Below are positions 1-8,641 of a DNA stretch of 42,245 nt, piece after piece. Source of the stretch: a virus (lineage: Duplodnaviria; Caudoviricetes). The stretch is from positions 1-42,245 of the IMG/VR virus record IMGVR_UViG_3300030097_000139. One strand, 5' to 3'. Under the pieces are notes generated by a model that had not been told where the DNA came from, ran no database searches, and was given only the letters and a program-made list of their open reading frames with translations. Position 1 is the stretch's first letter, and each line of letters begins with the position of its first letter. The position numbers and the translations under genes were made by a program.

Positions 1-15
1 GTTTTGTTTCGCGCC
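1..15. repeat. Left copy of 15-bp terminal direct repeat GTTTTGTTTCGCGCC (candidate cos end)
   Basis: Identical to 42230..42244; lies just upstream of terS as cos does in lambda-like phages. Confidence 0.75.
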
Positions 16-63
16 CCCGACCCTCGCGCAAAGTCAAAATTGCGGCCCCGCGTCAACTCTAAC

Positions 64-92
64 TTGTCCACGCGCGCCTCGCGGTGTACACT
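64..92 (+). promoter_or_regulatory. Sigma70-like promoter for terminase genes
   Basis: TTGTCC(64-69)-N17-TACACT(87-92); ATG at 99 sits at the expected +1. Confidence 0.5.
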
Positions 93-98
93 TTAGCC

Positions 99-779
99 AT
101 GAACAGGACACCACAGCGGCTTATCAGTAAGGGTGAGCTGGCGCGCCGTGTGACGTGCGCGCGCTCTTACGTCTACCGCCAATTCAAGCCGGGCGGCAAA
201 TTAGAAAATGCGCTCGTCGGATCTCAAGTTGACTTGAACCACCCCGACGCGGCGCACTTCTGCGCGTCTCAGGGTTACAGCGAACCGGACGGCGCAGCAA
301 TCGCACAACAGGCTCGCGCCAAAGTGACCAAACCCAAACCACCCGCTCCGAAAGCACCCGACCCCATACACGACCCCGCACCGGACTTTGACGAGCCGGA
401 CCCGGAAGACGTGAGCGCGGGCGAGCTGTTGGAAATGCCGCTGCGTGAAGTCGTGGCCCGCTTCGGCACTGCCTCCCATTTGAAGGACTACGTGGGGGTG
501 GTAAAGTCGTTAGTACAAACCCGGGGGTACGAAGACGAGCAAGCCCGGAAGCGGAAAGACTACATCCACCGGGTACACGTTGAGCAGTTAGTCACCCACA
601 TTGACGCGCTGCAAAAAGCGTTGCTAGCCGACGCCGTTAAGAACATGGCCACGCGCACTGTCACACAAGTGGCCGCGGGCGAAGACCAGAAGAACATCGA
701 GGCCGCAATGCGCGACGTGATCAGCCGGACCATTAAGGCGGCGAAGTCAGAACTGGAGCGGAGGTTGCGCGATGTATGA
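99..779 (+). CDS. terS: Terminase small subunit (N-terminal HTH)
   Basis: Directly upstream of and overlapping terL; N-terminal HTH-like ISKGELARRVTCARSYVYR, Pro-rich linker, helical C-terminus; ATG 99 preferred over GTG 84. Confidence 0.7.
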   Translation: MNRTPQRLISKGELARRVTCARSYVYRQFKPGGKLENALVGSQVDLNHPDAAHFCASQGYSEPDGAAIAQQARAKVTKPKPPAPKAPDPIHDPAPDFDEPDPEDVSAGELLEMPLREVVARFGTASHLKDYVGVVKSLVQTRGYEDEQARKRKDYIHRVHVEQLVTHIDALQKALLADAVKNMATRTVTQVAAGEDQKNIEAAMRDVISRTIKAAKSELERRLRDV

Positions 780-2763
780 TCCCGCCGACCACTTCCGCGA
801 GACGGGCGAGCAAGTCGCGGACATGGTGGCGGACACCACCGACGAGTTTATAACCGTGAGCCCCGCGGAGTGGGCAGTAGAGAAACGCATCCTGCCACGG
901 TCCACCACACCGCAGCCCGGCCCGTTTAGTTGGGACGCCACGCCGTACTGGGAAGAGGTGATCAACTGCTTGGACCCGGAAGACCCGACCCGGTTTATCG
1001 CCGTGCAGAAGGGCGCGCAGGTCGCCGCAACTGTCGGCCTGCTTGAGAACGCCGTCGGATACCACCTTGAATACGTTAAGCACATGCCTGTGCTGTTCTT
1101 CACCGCAGACAAAGAGCTGGCCGAACTCCGGGTCGACGACTACATCGTGCCAATGATCACGGCTTCGGGCATGTCGCACCTTATCCAGTCAAATGACGAA
1201 ATGCGCGCGGGCAAACAGGGCCTCACCAACAAGCGGATCAGCTGGGCCGGGGGTGGCTACATGCTCCCGCTTGGCGCAATCAACGCCAACAAAATGCGAT
1301 CGCTGTCCGCGCCTATCTTGTTGCGCGACGAAATTAGCGGCTGGCCGTTGACTGTCGGACGGGACGCGGACCCCCTCAAACTGACCGAGACGCGGACTAA
1401 CTCATACGAAGGGTCGCGCAAAATCTTGGACCTAAGCACCCCCAACATTGCCGCAACCGACGCGATAAGCAAGCGCTTTAAAATGGGCGACCAGCGCTAT
1501 TACGAAGTGCCGTGCAAGCACTGCGGCAAGTTCCAGCGCTTGAAGTTCCGAGGGGTCGGGGAGGGCGGCGTAGTGTATGGGCTGATCTGGAAAATGGACG
1601 ACCCCTACACCGTGACCCCGGGATCGGTCCGTTACGTTTGCCAACATTGCCAAGGCGAGATGGTGAACGAAGACAAGATCACGATTATGGCGAAGGGTCG
1701 CTGGGTGCCAACCGCCAAGCCGCGCGTGCCTAACTTCCGCAGCTACCACCTTTCGGCATTGTACGCGCCATACTTCGCCCGGACGTGGGAAGCCATAGCG
1801 ATCGCATGGGTCGAAGCGTGGGACGACGAGGCGAACATTCCGCGCGACGGCGAACTGCTGCAAGTTTTTTATAATAACGATCTCGGCGAACCTTACGAAC
1901 TCAAGACCGATAAAGTTAAGCACTACCAAGTCAGCCCACACCGCCGGGCCGAATACCGCCTCGGCGAGCTACCGGGCGACCACCCAGTCGAGAACGCGGG
2001 CGGCCGTATTGAATTGCTAACAATGACAGTCGACGTACAGGCCACGTGGCTAGCCGTGTCGATCTTCGCTTGGGCTCCGAGCGGGGACCACAAAGGGTAC
2101 GCGGCGTACCTCGTGGACTATTGGCGCATTGACGGCGACTGCGAGAACGCCGACGCGGCAGTCTGGGAAGAGCTGGCCGACGTTATCGACAACCGCACGT
2201 ATGCGGACGGCGACCGCGAATATCCAGTCACCATGTCGCTGATCGATGCTTCATACCTGCCCGATACCGTGTATTCGTTTTGTGCTCAGTGGGACGCCGG
2301 GGTTTACCCCCTCCGCGGCCGAGACAAACCAACCAAGGGCGCACGCTTCCAAGAATTCGAGATCAAAGAGAACGCCACCGGCACGCGCTATGTGCTGGCC
2401 ACAGTGGATATTTACAAGGACCGCTGGAGCGCCGCGTTGAAGCGTGAGTGGAACGGCACAAGCCACATGCCGCGCAACAACTGGTCGGCACCTATCGACC
2501 TGCCGGACAAGGCGCTCAAAGAGTTGACCGTGGAGTACAAGCGCGAGAAACGCGACCCTCAAAGCGGCAAACTACTGGGCACATACTGGCACCGCCCGGG
2601 CAATGCGCGCCAAGAGTTGTGGGACCTGCTAGTCTACAACACGGCCGCGCTGGAAGTCGTGGCCCTTGATGTTTGCGAGCAGCGCCTCGGCCTTGAATAC
2701 CTAAGCTGGCCGGACTTTTGGGCGGAGGCAGCCGGGGGGTTGTACTGGAGCAAAGCTGTTTAA
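772..2763 (+). CDS. terL: Terminase large subunit, lambda gpA family
   Basis: 663 aa; TPY motif, Walker A-like KGAQVAAT, Walker B LLRDE, STP motif, GDQRYYEVPCKHC...CQHC zinc motif, nuclease TVDVQ. Confidence 0.95.
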   Translation: MYDPADHFRETGEQVADMVADTTDEFITVSPAEWAVEKRILPRSTTPQPGPFSWDATPYWEEVINCLDPEDPTRFIAVQKGAQVAATVGLLENAVGYHLEYVKHMPVLFFTADKELAELRVDDYIVPMITASGMSHLIQSNDEMRAGKQGLTNKRISWAGGGYMLPLGAINANKMRSLSAPILLRDEISGWPLTVGRDADPLKLTETRTNSYEGSRKILDLSTPNIAATDAISKRFKMGDQRYYEVPCKHCGKFQRLKFRGVGEGGVVYGLIWKMDDPYTVTPGSVRYVCQHCQGEMVNEDKITIMAKGRWVPTAKPRVPNFRSYHLSALYAPYFARTWEAIAIAWVEAWDDEANIPRDGELLQVFYNNDLGEPYELKTDKVKHYQVSPHRRAEYRLGELPGDHPVENAGGRIELLTMTVDVQATWLAVSIFAWAPSGDHKGYAAYLVDYWRIDGDCENADAAVWEELADVIDNRTYADGDREYPVTMSLIDASYLPDTVYSFCAQWDAGVYPLRGRDKPTKGARFQEFEIKENATGTRYVLATVDIYKDRWSAALKREWNGTSHMPRNNWSAPIDLPDKALKELTVEYKREKRDPQSGKLLGTYWHRPGNARQELWDLLVYNTAALEVVALDVCEQRLGLEYLSWPDFWAEAAGGLYWSKAV

Positions 2764-2765
2764 TG

Positions 2766-2794
2766 TTGTCAAGCCCTTGCGCCCGTGCCATAAT
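2766..2794 (+). promoter_or_regulatory. Sigma70-like promoter upstream of gpW/portal
   Basis: TTGTCA-N17-CATAAT with extended -10 TGn, in the intergenic gap. Confidence 0.55.
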
Positions 2795-2838
2795 GCAAAG
2801 TAACTTATTAACCTTTTAAGCGGAGTAGGGCGAGGGCA

Positions 2839-3102
2839 ATGTCATGTAACGACTACCAGTATTTGACAGCGCGCATTACAGCGACCGAAGCGGCGATCGA
2901 ACAATACGAGGCCGCCGAACTCGCGCTCACAACGGGCGGCGTGCAGTCGTACACGATAGACACAGGCCAGTCACGCCAGACCGTGACACGGGCCAACCTG
3001 ACCGAGATCCGCAACGGGATAGACTCGCTGTATAACCGACGCGCTACGCTAATTGCTCGGCGTGACGGTTGCGGCGTTGTAACGACGAGGCCAAGCTGGT
3101 GA
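2839..3102 (+). CDS. Head-to-tail joining protein, gpW-like
   Basis: 87 aa between terL and portal; helix-hairpin-helix pattern GVQSYTIDTGQSRQTVTRANLTEIR typical of gpW. Confidence 0.75.
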   Translation: MSCNDYQYLTARITATEAAIEQYEAAELALTTGGVQSYTIDTGQSRQTVTRANLTEIRNGIDSLYNRRATLIARRDGCGVVTTRPSW

Positions 3103-4766
3103 ACCAAGTAGAGCTGGAGCAATACGCCAAAACCTACACGCCGGAGCTGATAACCGACGGCGAACTTGCGCCGCGCGGAGCGTATGGCAACGGGTACGGC
3201 CAAGCGCCAGCCGTTAACGCATATCACGACGGGGACAAGTTCTTCGGCGGCTTCGGTCCGACTAAACTCTTTTCGACCGACTATTGGACGCTGCGCAAGC
3301 GCTCCGACCAACTCTTCAAAGAGAACCTGTACGCGCGGGGCCTTATCCGTCGCTTAATCACAAACGAGATTAACACCGGACTAACACCCGAGGCTTGCCC
3401 GGACGAGCTGCTTATCGGCCTGCCCGAAGAGAGCCTGAACGACTGGACAGAAGAAGTCGAAAACCGCTTTTTAATCTGGGGCAAGAACCCGGAGCAGTGC
3501 GACTGGAAACACCGCGCCACCTTTGGCGCTATCCAACGCGCGGCCCGCATGGAGGCGCTAATCAGCGGCGACGTGCTGGTGGTCCTGCGCCAGAACCGAC
3601 AAACACAAATGCCAATGGTGCAGTTAGTCAGCGGCGCGAAGGTACAAACACCGCTGGGTGGGGACACCCGGATCGCCAACGGCCACACCATACGCCACGG
3701 CGTCGAGCTTGACGCGCAAGGCCGCACGGCTGCCTATTGGGTCAAACCGGACGACGGCACCACGCCGCAACGCATACCAGCCAAAGGCCCACGCTCAGGC
3801 CGCCGCATGGCTTGGCTAGTGTACGGCACCGAGAAGCGACTGGACGACGTGCGCGGCGAGCCGCTCTTGTCGCTGGTCCTGCAATCCCTGAAAGAGATCG
3901 ACCGCTACCGCGACAGCGTGCAGCGTAAGGCCGTGATTAACTCGATCCTCGCTATGTTCATCAAGAAGACCGAGGACAAGCCGGGCACCCGGCCTATTAC
4001 CGCTGGCGCAGTCCGCCGCGGCCAAGTCCAGACAACCGACCTAGACGGCGGCAAGCGCGAATTTAACATCGCAAGCCAAGTGCCGGGCCTTGTCATTGAA
4101 GAGCTGCAAACCGGCGAAGAGCCGGTACTTAAAGGCGGCGAGGGTACGGACACCAACTTCGGGACCTTCGAGGAGGCCATTGTTCAGGCCGTCGCGTGGG
4201 CTAACGAAGTGCCGCCGGAGATCTTGCGCTTGGCATTCTCCAACAACTACAGCGCGAGCCAAGCGGCGATCAATGAATTTAAAATTTATCTGAACAAGGT
4301 CTGGGCCGACTGGGGCGAGACCTTCTGCCAACCCGTTTATATTGAATGGCTGCTGGCCGAGAATTTGAAAGGCCGCATAGGCGCGCCCGGGCTTCTTGAC
4401 GCGTGGCGCGACCCGCAACGGCAGGACGTGTTCGGCGCGTGGGTGTCTACGGACTGGTACGGTTCGATCAAGCCATCCACCGACATGAAGAAACAGGCCC
4501 AAGGCTCGCAAATTCTGATCAGCGAAGGCTGGTCGAACAACGCCCGGGAGTCGCGCACGCTAACCGGTACCAAGTTCTCTAAGAACATGAAGCGCTTGAA
4601 ACGTGAAAATCAAATGAAGGCCGAAGCCGCCCGACCGCTGGCTGAATTCGAGCAAGAGTTCGGGCAGACCGTACAAGACACGGCGGCGGCAATTAGCGAG
4701 GCAGACTTCGAGGCACAATTGGACGAGTATTTAGAAGATGATCGAGAAACTAGCACGAGCGTTTAG
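3099..4766 (+). CDS. Portal protein, lambda family
   Basis: LRKRSDQLFKENLYARG, RGEPLL, NYSASQAA motifs; GTG 3099 overlaps gpW stop (GTGA) with GAGG RBS. Confidence 0.93.
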   Translation: MNQVELEQYAKTYTPELITDGELAPRGAYGNGYGQAPAVNAYHDGDKFFGGFGPTKLFSTDYWTLRKRSDQLFKENLYARGLIRRLITNEINTGLTPEACPDELLIGLPEESLNDWTEEVENRFLIWGKNPEQCDWKHRATFGAIQRAARMEALISGDVLVVLRQNRQTQMPMVQLVSGAKVQTPLGGDTRIANGHTIRHGVELDAQGRTAAYWVKPDDGTTPQRIPAKGPRSGRRMAWLVYGTEKRLDDVRGEPLLSLVLQSLKEIDRYRDSVQRKAVINSILAMFIKKTEDKPGTRPITAGAVRRGQVQTTDLDGGKREFNIASQVPGLVIEELQTGEEPVLKGGEGTDTNFGTFEEAIVQAVAWANEVPPEILRLAFSNNYSASQAAINEFKIYLNKVWADWGETFCQPVYIEWLLAENLKGRIGAPGLLDAWRDPQRQDVFGAWVSTDWYGSIKPSTDMKKQAQGSQILISEGWSNNARESRTLTGTKFSKNMKRLKRENQMKAEAARPLAEFEQEFGQTVQDTAAAISEADFEAQLDEYLEDDRETSTSV

Positions 4767-5889
4767 CAAGCTGCGCGGCGAGGTCCAAGCCCTTAGCCAG
4801 CGCATTGACTCGCTACCAGAACCGAAGGACGGCCGAGACGGCGTGAGCCCCAAGGCGGAAGACATAGCCGCGCTAGTGCTCGAACAAATCCCAACGCCTA
4901 AAGACGGCGTGAGCCCCAAGGCGGAAGACATAGCCGCGCTAGTGCTCGAACAAATCCCAGCGCCTAAAGACGGCAAAGACGCCGACGCGCAGGCAATTAT
5001 TGAAGAAGTGCTGGCGCAGATACCGGCACCGAAGGACGGGAAGGACGCACCCCCACCAGCACTGGCAGACGTTGCCGCGTTGGTATTCGCGCAAATGCCA
5101 ACCCCGAAGGATGGCCGCGACGGTAAGGACGGCAAGAGCCCGACCGCCCAAGATGTAGCCGCGGCACTACCCGCACCAGAACGCGGGCCACAAGGTAAAG
5201 ATGGCCGCCCGGGTAAAGACGGCGCGAGCATTACCGACGTAAAAGTCGAGAAGAACAACACGCTCTTTGTGTGGCTGGACGGTAAGAAAAAACGCGCCGG
5301 GAAAATTGAAGTCCCGGTACCGTCGATCCCTCAATTCGCCACAGGCGGGGGAGGGAGCCGCGGGTCGAGAGGGCCGGAAGCTGAAATAAAAGGATATACC
5401 CCGCAAGGCACGTTTGTAAGCGGAGACCTACAGGCGGGCATACTAGACACCCCGCAGACAATAACATTCGGAGCGGGCGGCACTACAGACGACGGCGGCA
5501 CGACTGTTGGCGCGGACGGGGTGATCACAGTAAACGATAGCGGCTTTTGGTCCGTAAAGCAGAGATTTAGAGCAGGCCGCGCGGGAGCCTCGGGCGTAAG
5601 TATTATGTTTTTCTGGGCTGAAATCAGCACAGACGGCGGGGCGACATGGGACATTATTGGCAACTCAGTGTCGATCCCGCTGGAAAGCTCCAGCGATACG
5701 TCTGTTTTCTTTGATATAGCGAACATACAAGTGCCCGCGGGCACTAAGCTAAGAAATAGGTTTGCACGAAGCAGCACTGGCAGCGACTTTGGCGACTTGA
5801 GAGTCGGAGTCCCTAGCGCCGCATTGCAGGCGGCGGGGGTGCCTGACGCACCTTCTGCACAAGCGACGTTTTACAAGATAGTCCAATAG
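4738..5889 (+). CDS. Collagen-like (G-x-D) repeat protein with beta-rich C-terminal domain; possible head fibre or decoration
   Basis: Repeated PKDGKD/GRDG units, GPQGKDGRPGKDG, Gly linker, then beta-strand-rich domain. Confidence 0.6.
   Translation: MIEKLARAFSKLRGEVQALSQRIDSLPEPKDGRDGVSPKAEDIAALVLEQIPTPKDGVSPKAEDIAALVLEQIPAPKDGKDADAQAIIEEVLAQIPAPKDGKDAPPPALADVAALVFAQMPTPKDGRDGKDGKSPTAQDVAAALPAPERGPQGKDGRPGKDGASITDVKVEKNNTLFVWLDGKKKRAGKIEVPVPSIPQFATGGGGSRGSRGPEAEIKGYTPQGTFVSGDLQAGILDTPQTITFGAGGTTDDGGTTVGADGVITVNDSGFWSVKQRFRAGRAGASGVSIMFFWAEISTDGGATWDIIGNSVSIPLESSSDTSVFFDIANIQVPAGTKLRNRFARSSTGSDFGDLRVGVPSAALQAAGVPDAPSAQATFYKIVQ
4836..4974 (+). repeat. 66-bp tandem repeat (2 copies plus partial, 1 mismatch) encoding DGVSPKAEDIAALVLEQIP(T/A)PK
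   Basis: 4836..4901 and 4902..4967 differ at one base. Confidence 0.9.
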
Positions 5890-5898
5890 CGTAACTTT

Positions 5899-5927
5899 TT
5901 GACGGAAAGGCCGTAGCGCGTTAATAT
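5899..5927 (+). promoter_or_regulatory. Sigma70-like promoter for protease/capsid genes
   Basis: TTGACG-N17-TAATAT in intergenic gap. Confidence 0.6.
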
Positions 5928-5950
5928 GAAGAACGAAAAGGGGATCACTA

Positions 5951-7093
5951 ATGTGGTTATTAGAAACAAGCATTAAGCGAGCGATTGAAACCGCCGAGGC
6001 GCAGGGCTTCACGCCTACCGCGCAACAGGTGGGAGAGTTCAACGCGTCGCTGTCGGCTGGCCCGACGGACACTTCGCGCGTTATGGCTGTCGCAGGCGGT
6101 AAGGCGCAGATTGACGTCCGCGGCGTACTGACCAAAACGCCTAGCATTATGGCGCGCATTTTTGGTGGCGGGAATACCACCTATACCGAATTAGAAGCGG
6201 CGCTCGTATCGGCTGACGCAGACGACACGATCGACGAAATCATTATGGCGGTTGACAGCCCGGGGGGCTCAGTTGACGGGCTCTTCGAGCTTATCGCGGC
6301 AATGCAAGCCGTGAAGACTTCGATCCGCGTTGAGGCATCGAAAGCAGCCTCGGCGGCCTACGCTATTGTGGCCCAAGCGGGCAGCGTAGCGGCGACAGGC
6401 CCGGCGGCACAGTTCGGAAGTATCGGGATCGTACTCGACGCCTACTTGTCAGAAAACAAGGTATCAATTACAAGCAGCAAAGCGCCTAAGAAGCGCCCGG
6501 ACCTTTCCACCGAGGAAGGCCGCGCAGTTATCCGCGAGGAACTGGACGCGCTGCATGACCTATTTGTCGAAGCTATCGCGGATGGCCGCGGGGTGAGTGC
6601 CGACAATGTAAACGCTAAGTTTGGCGAGGGGGCGACCCTTTTAGCCGGCGAAGCACTTAAACGTGGTATGATTGATTCGATCATTACCAAACAAGCCACC
6701 GCCAAAACCGGCGGGAATCAACAGGAGGCTAAGTCTATGGACTTGCAAACTTTGAAGGCCCAGCACCCCGACGTTTACGCGGCGGCGGCGCAAGAAGGCC
6801 GAGACCAAGAACGCGACCGCGTGGGAGCCCACCTCAAAATGGGCGAAGCGTCGGGCGACATGAAAACTGCGATCGGCGCGATCGGTGACGGCTCAGCAAT
6901 GACCGCCACTTTGCAGGCGACTTATTTAGCCGCTGGCATGAACCGCTCCGACGTACAAGCACGTCAAGACGACGACGCGGAAGCAAGCGCAGCTGACGAA
7001 GCGAACGCTAGCGACGCGGACGCAGAAGCGGCGGCCGGTGACAACATTTTGGCCCTTGCTGCGGAGTCTTGCGGCGTAGAGTTGGAGGGCTAA
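5951..7093 (+). CDS. Head maturation protease (S49/SppA-like, lambda gpC-like) with C-terminal scaffold
   Basis: VDSPGGSVDG, AASAAY, GSIG motifs; acidic Ala-rich C-terminus. Confidence 0.9.
   Translation: MWLLETSIKRAIETAEAQGFTPTAQQVGEFNASLSAGPTDTSRVMAVAGGKAQIDVRGVLTKTPSIMARIFGGGNTTYTELEAALVSADADDTIDEIIMAVDSPGGSVDGLFELIAAMQAVKTSIRVEASKAASAAYAIVAQAGSVAATGPAAQFGSIGIVLDAYLSENKVSITSSKAPKKRPDLSTEEGRAVIREELDALHDLFVEAIADGRGVSADNVNAKFGEGATLLAGEALKRGMIDSIITKQATAKTGGNQQEAKSMDLQTLKAQHPDVYAAAAQEGRDQERDRVGAHLKMGEASGDMKTAIGAIGDGSAMTATLQATYLAAGMNRSDVQARQDDDAEASAADEANASDADAEAAAGDNILALAAESCGVELEG
6737..7093 (+). CDS. Nested in-frame scaffolding protein (Nu3-like)
   Basis: AGGAGG (6723-6728) 8 nt before in-frame ATG 6737 (MDLQTLKAQHPDVY...). 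Confidence 0.7.
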   Translation: MDLQTLKAQHPDVYAAAAQEGRDQERDRVGAHLKMGEASGDMKTAIGAIGDGSAMTATLQATYLAAGMNRSDVQARQDDDAEASAADEANASDADAEAAAGDNILALAAESCGVELEG

Positions 7094-7096
7094 GCA

Positions 7097-7486
7097 ATGT
7101 CTAACATCGAAATTACAAACAACAGCACCAGCGGCGTTGCTATCTGGGGGCCAGTACACGAAGACGCGACCCTGACCTTCGCGGGTGCCGAAACATGGCC
7201 CGCCGGTGCGGTACTCGGAAAAGTGACCGCCACTGGTAAATATGTGCGTTTCAACCCGGGCGGTGCCGACGGTTCGGAAATTCCGAAAGCGGTACTGACT
7301 CAGGAAGTAACCGCGGCCGGTGCCGGTGACGTTGCGGCGCGCCCTGCCATTGCTGGACGCCTACGCGCTGGCGACCTCGTGAACAACGCGGACGCTGCGC
7401 TGACAGCTGCACAGCTGGACCAACTGCGCGACTACTCAATTATCGCGCTTTCTACAACTCAGCTCGCAGAGCTGGACAACCAATAA
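7097..7486 (+). CDS. Head decoration protein (gpD-like)
   Basis: GAVLGKVTATGKY...ADGSEIPKAVL motif; located between protease and capsid. Confidence 0.85.
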   Translation: MSNIEITNNSTSGVAIWGPVHEDATLTFAGAETWPAGAVLGKVTATGKYVRFNPGGADGSEIPKAVLTQEVTAAGAGDVAARPAIAGRLRAGDLVNNADAALTAAQLDQLRDYSIIALSTTQLAELDNQ

Positions 7487-7498
7487 GGAGCCGCAATC

Positions 7499-8587
7499 AT
7501 GGCCGTAGAAATCAAACGCGAAGGCTGGCTGCAGTTGTTCACGCAAATGCGCAGCCCTTCTGGATTTTTAAGCCGCCGCTTTACTGTTAAGCCCGGCGGT
7601 ATTTACTCCGGTGATAAGGTAGCGATCGACATTCAACGCTTTGGCGAAGACGTGGCGATTGCGATCAAGAAATGCACCGGACCGAACCTTAACGATATTG
7701 ACGAGTTCACCACTAAAGAGTTCACGCCACCAGCGTATGGTGAGGCGTTCCCTCTTGACGTGTGCGACCTTCTTAACCGTATGGCGGGCGTTGACCCGTT
7801 CACCGCAGCTTATACGGATTACGCGGGCCAACTCGTGGCTAAAATGGCGCAGGGCTTTATGGTCATTGACGATAAGATCCAGCGCGCTGTTGAGCTTCAA
7901 GCGTCGCAAATCTTGCAAACTGGTAAGCTAACGCTAACCAACAAGACAGGCGACACTGTCTTCGAGCTTGACTTTAAGCCGAAGGCGGCACACTTCCCAA
8001 CGGTTTCGACAGCTTGGAGCGTTCCGGCTACTTGTACGCCGCTTGACGACATTAAGGCGCTAGGCGACTTGATCCGCTCAAACGGTAAGGTCAACCCGAA
8101 CCGCGTAACCTTTGGCGACAAAGCGTGGTCGGACTTCCTGAACTCTGATCAGGTCAAGGCGTACCTCGATAACCGCCGCCTAGAAATGGGCAACGTAGAT
8201 CCTGAACTAGACGACTCCGGCGCGGTATATCAAGGCCGTATCTGGATCGGTTCGTACTTCTACGACTTGTGGACGTACCCGGAAGAGTACAAGGACCCGC
8301 AAACAGGCAACCCGGTTAAGTATGTCGCGGACGACAAAGTGGTCGTGGATTCAACCCGCACCCGCTTTGACATGACCTCCGCGCGCGTACCGCTGCCGCT
8401 TGGTCCTGATCCTCGTGTTGAGGGCTTGCTGCCGGGCCGCTTGTCGTCTCGTGAGGGTAGCTTCGACGTAACGCCGAACGTGTACCCAACGCCGAACGGC
8501 AAGCAAATCATGGGCGAACTTGAAAGCCGCCCACTGTTGGTTCCCGTACAGATCGACGGCTTCGGCTGTCTTGACGTTGAGCCTTAA
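7499..8587 (+). CDS. Major capsid protein (lambda gpE family)
   Basis: 362 aa, AAGGAG RBS, E...Q.L.TGK motif, C-terminal ESRPLLVP. Confidence 0.9.
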   Translation: MAVEIKREGWLQLFTQMRSPSGFLSRRFTVKPGGIYSGDKVAIDIQRFGEDVAIAIKKCTGPNLNDIDEFTTKEFTPPAYGEAFPLDVCDLLNRMAGVDPFTAAYTDYAGQLVAKMAQGFMVIDDKIQRAVELQASQILQTGKLTLTNKTGDTVFELDFKPKAAHFPTVSTAWSVPATCTPLDDIKALGDLIRSNGKVNPNRVTFGDKAWSDFLNSDQVKAYLDNRRLEMGNVDPELDDSGAVYQGRIWIGSYFYDLWTYPEEYKDPQTGNPVKYVADDKVVVDSTRTRFDMTSARVPLPLGPDPRVEGLLPGRLSSREGSFDVTPNVYPTPNGKQIMGELESRPLLVPVQIDGFGCLDVEP

Positions 8588-8596
8588 CCAGTAACC

Positions 8597-8627
8597 CGCG
8601 GCGGCCTTCGGGTCGCCGTGTGTCTTT
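8597..8627 (+). terminator. Stem-loop (cUUCGg tetraloop), probable weak terminator after capsid gene
   Basis: CGCGGCGGCC-TTCG-GGTCGCCGTG followed by TGTCTTT. Confidence 0.65.
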
Positions 8628-8641
8628 AAGAGGACAGGACA

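Noticed and set aside
39-59. Possible extra operator copy (CCCCGCGTCAACT)
   Set aside because: Only one half resembles the 30265/34588 copies; the other arm does not match
84-98. GTG start at 84 for terS
   Set aside because: It overlaps the predicted -10 box and has no RBS; ATG 99 fits better
3069-3098. Longer portal start from the ORF track
   Set aside because: GTG 3099 has an RBS and a GTGA overlap with the gpW stop
4836-4974. Tandem repeats here and at 8795-8873 as CRISPR-like arrays
   Set aside because: No spacers; the units are multiples of 3 and lie in frame inside coding sequence
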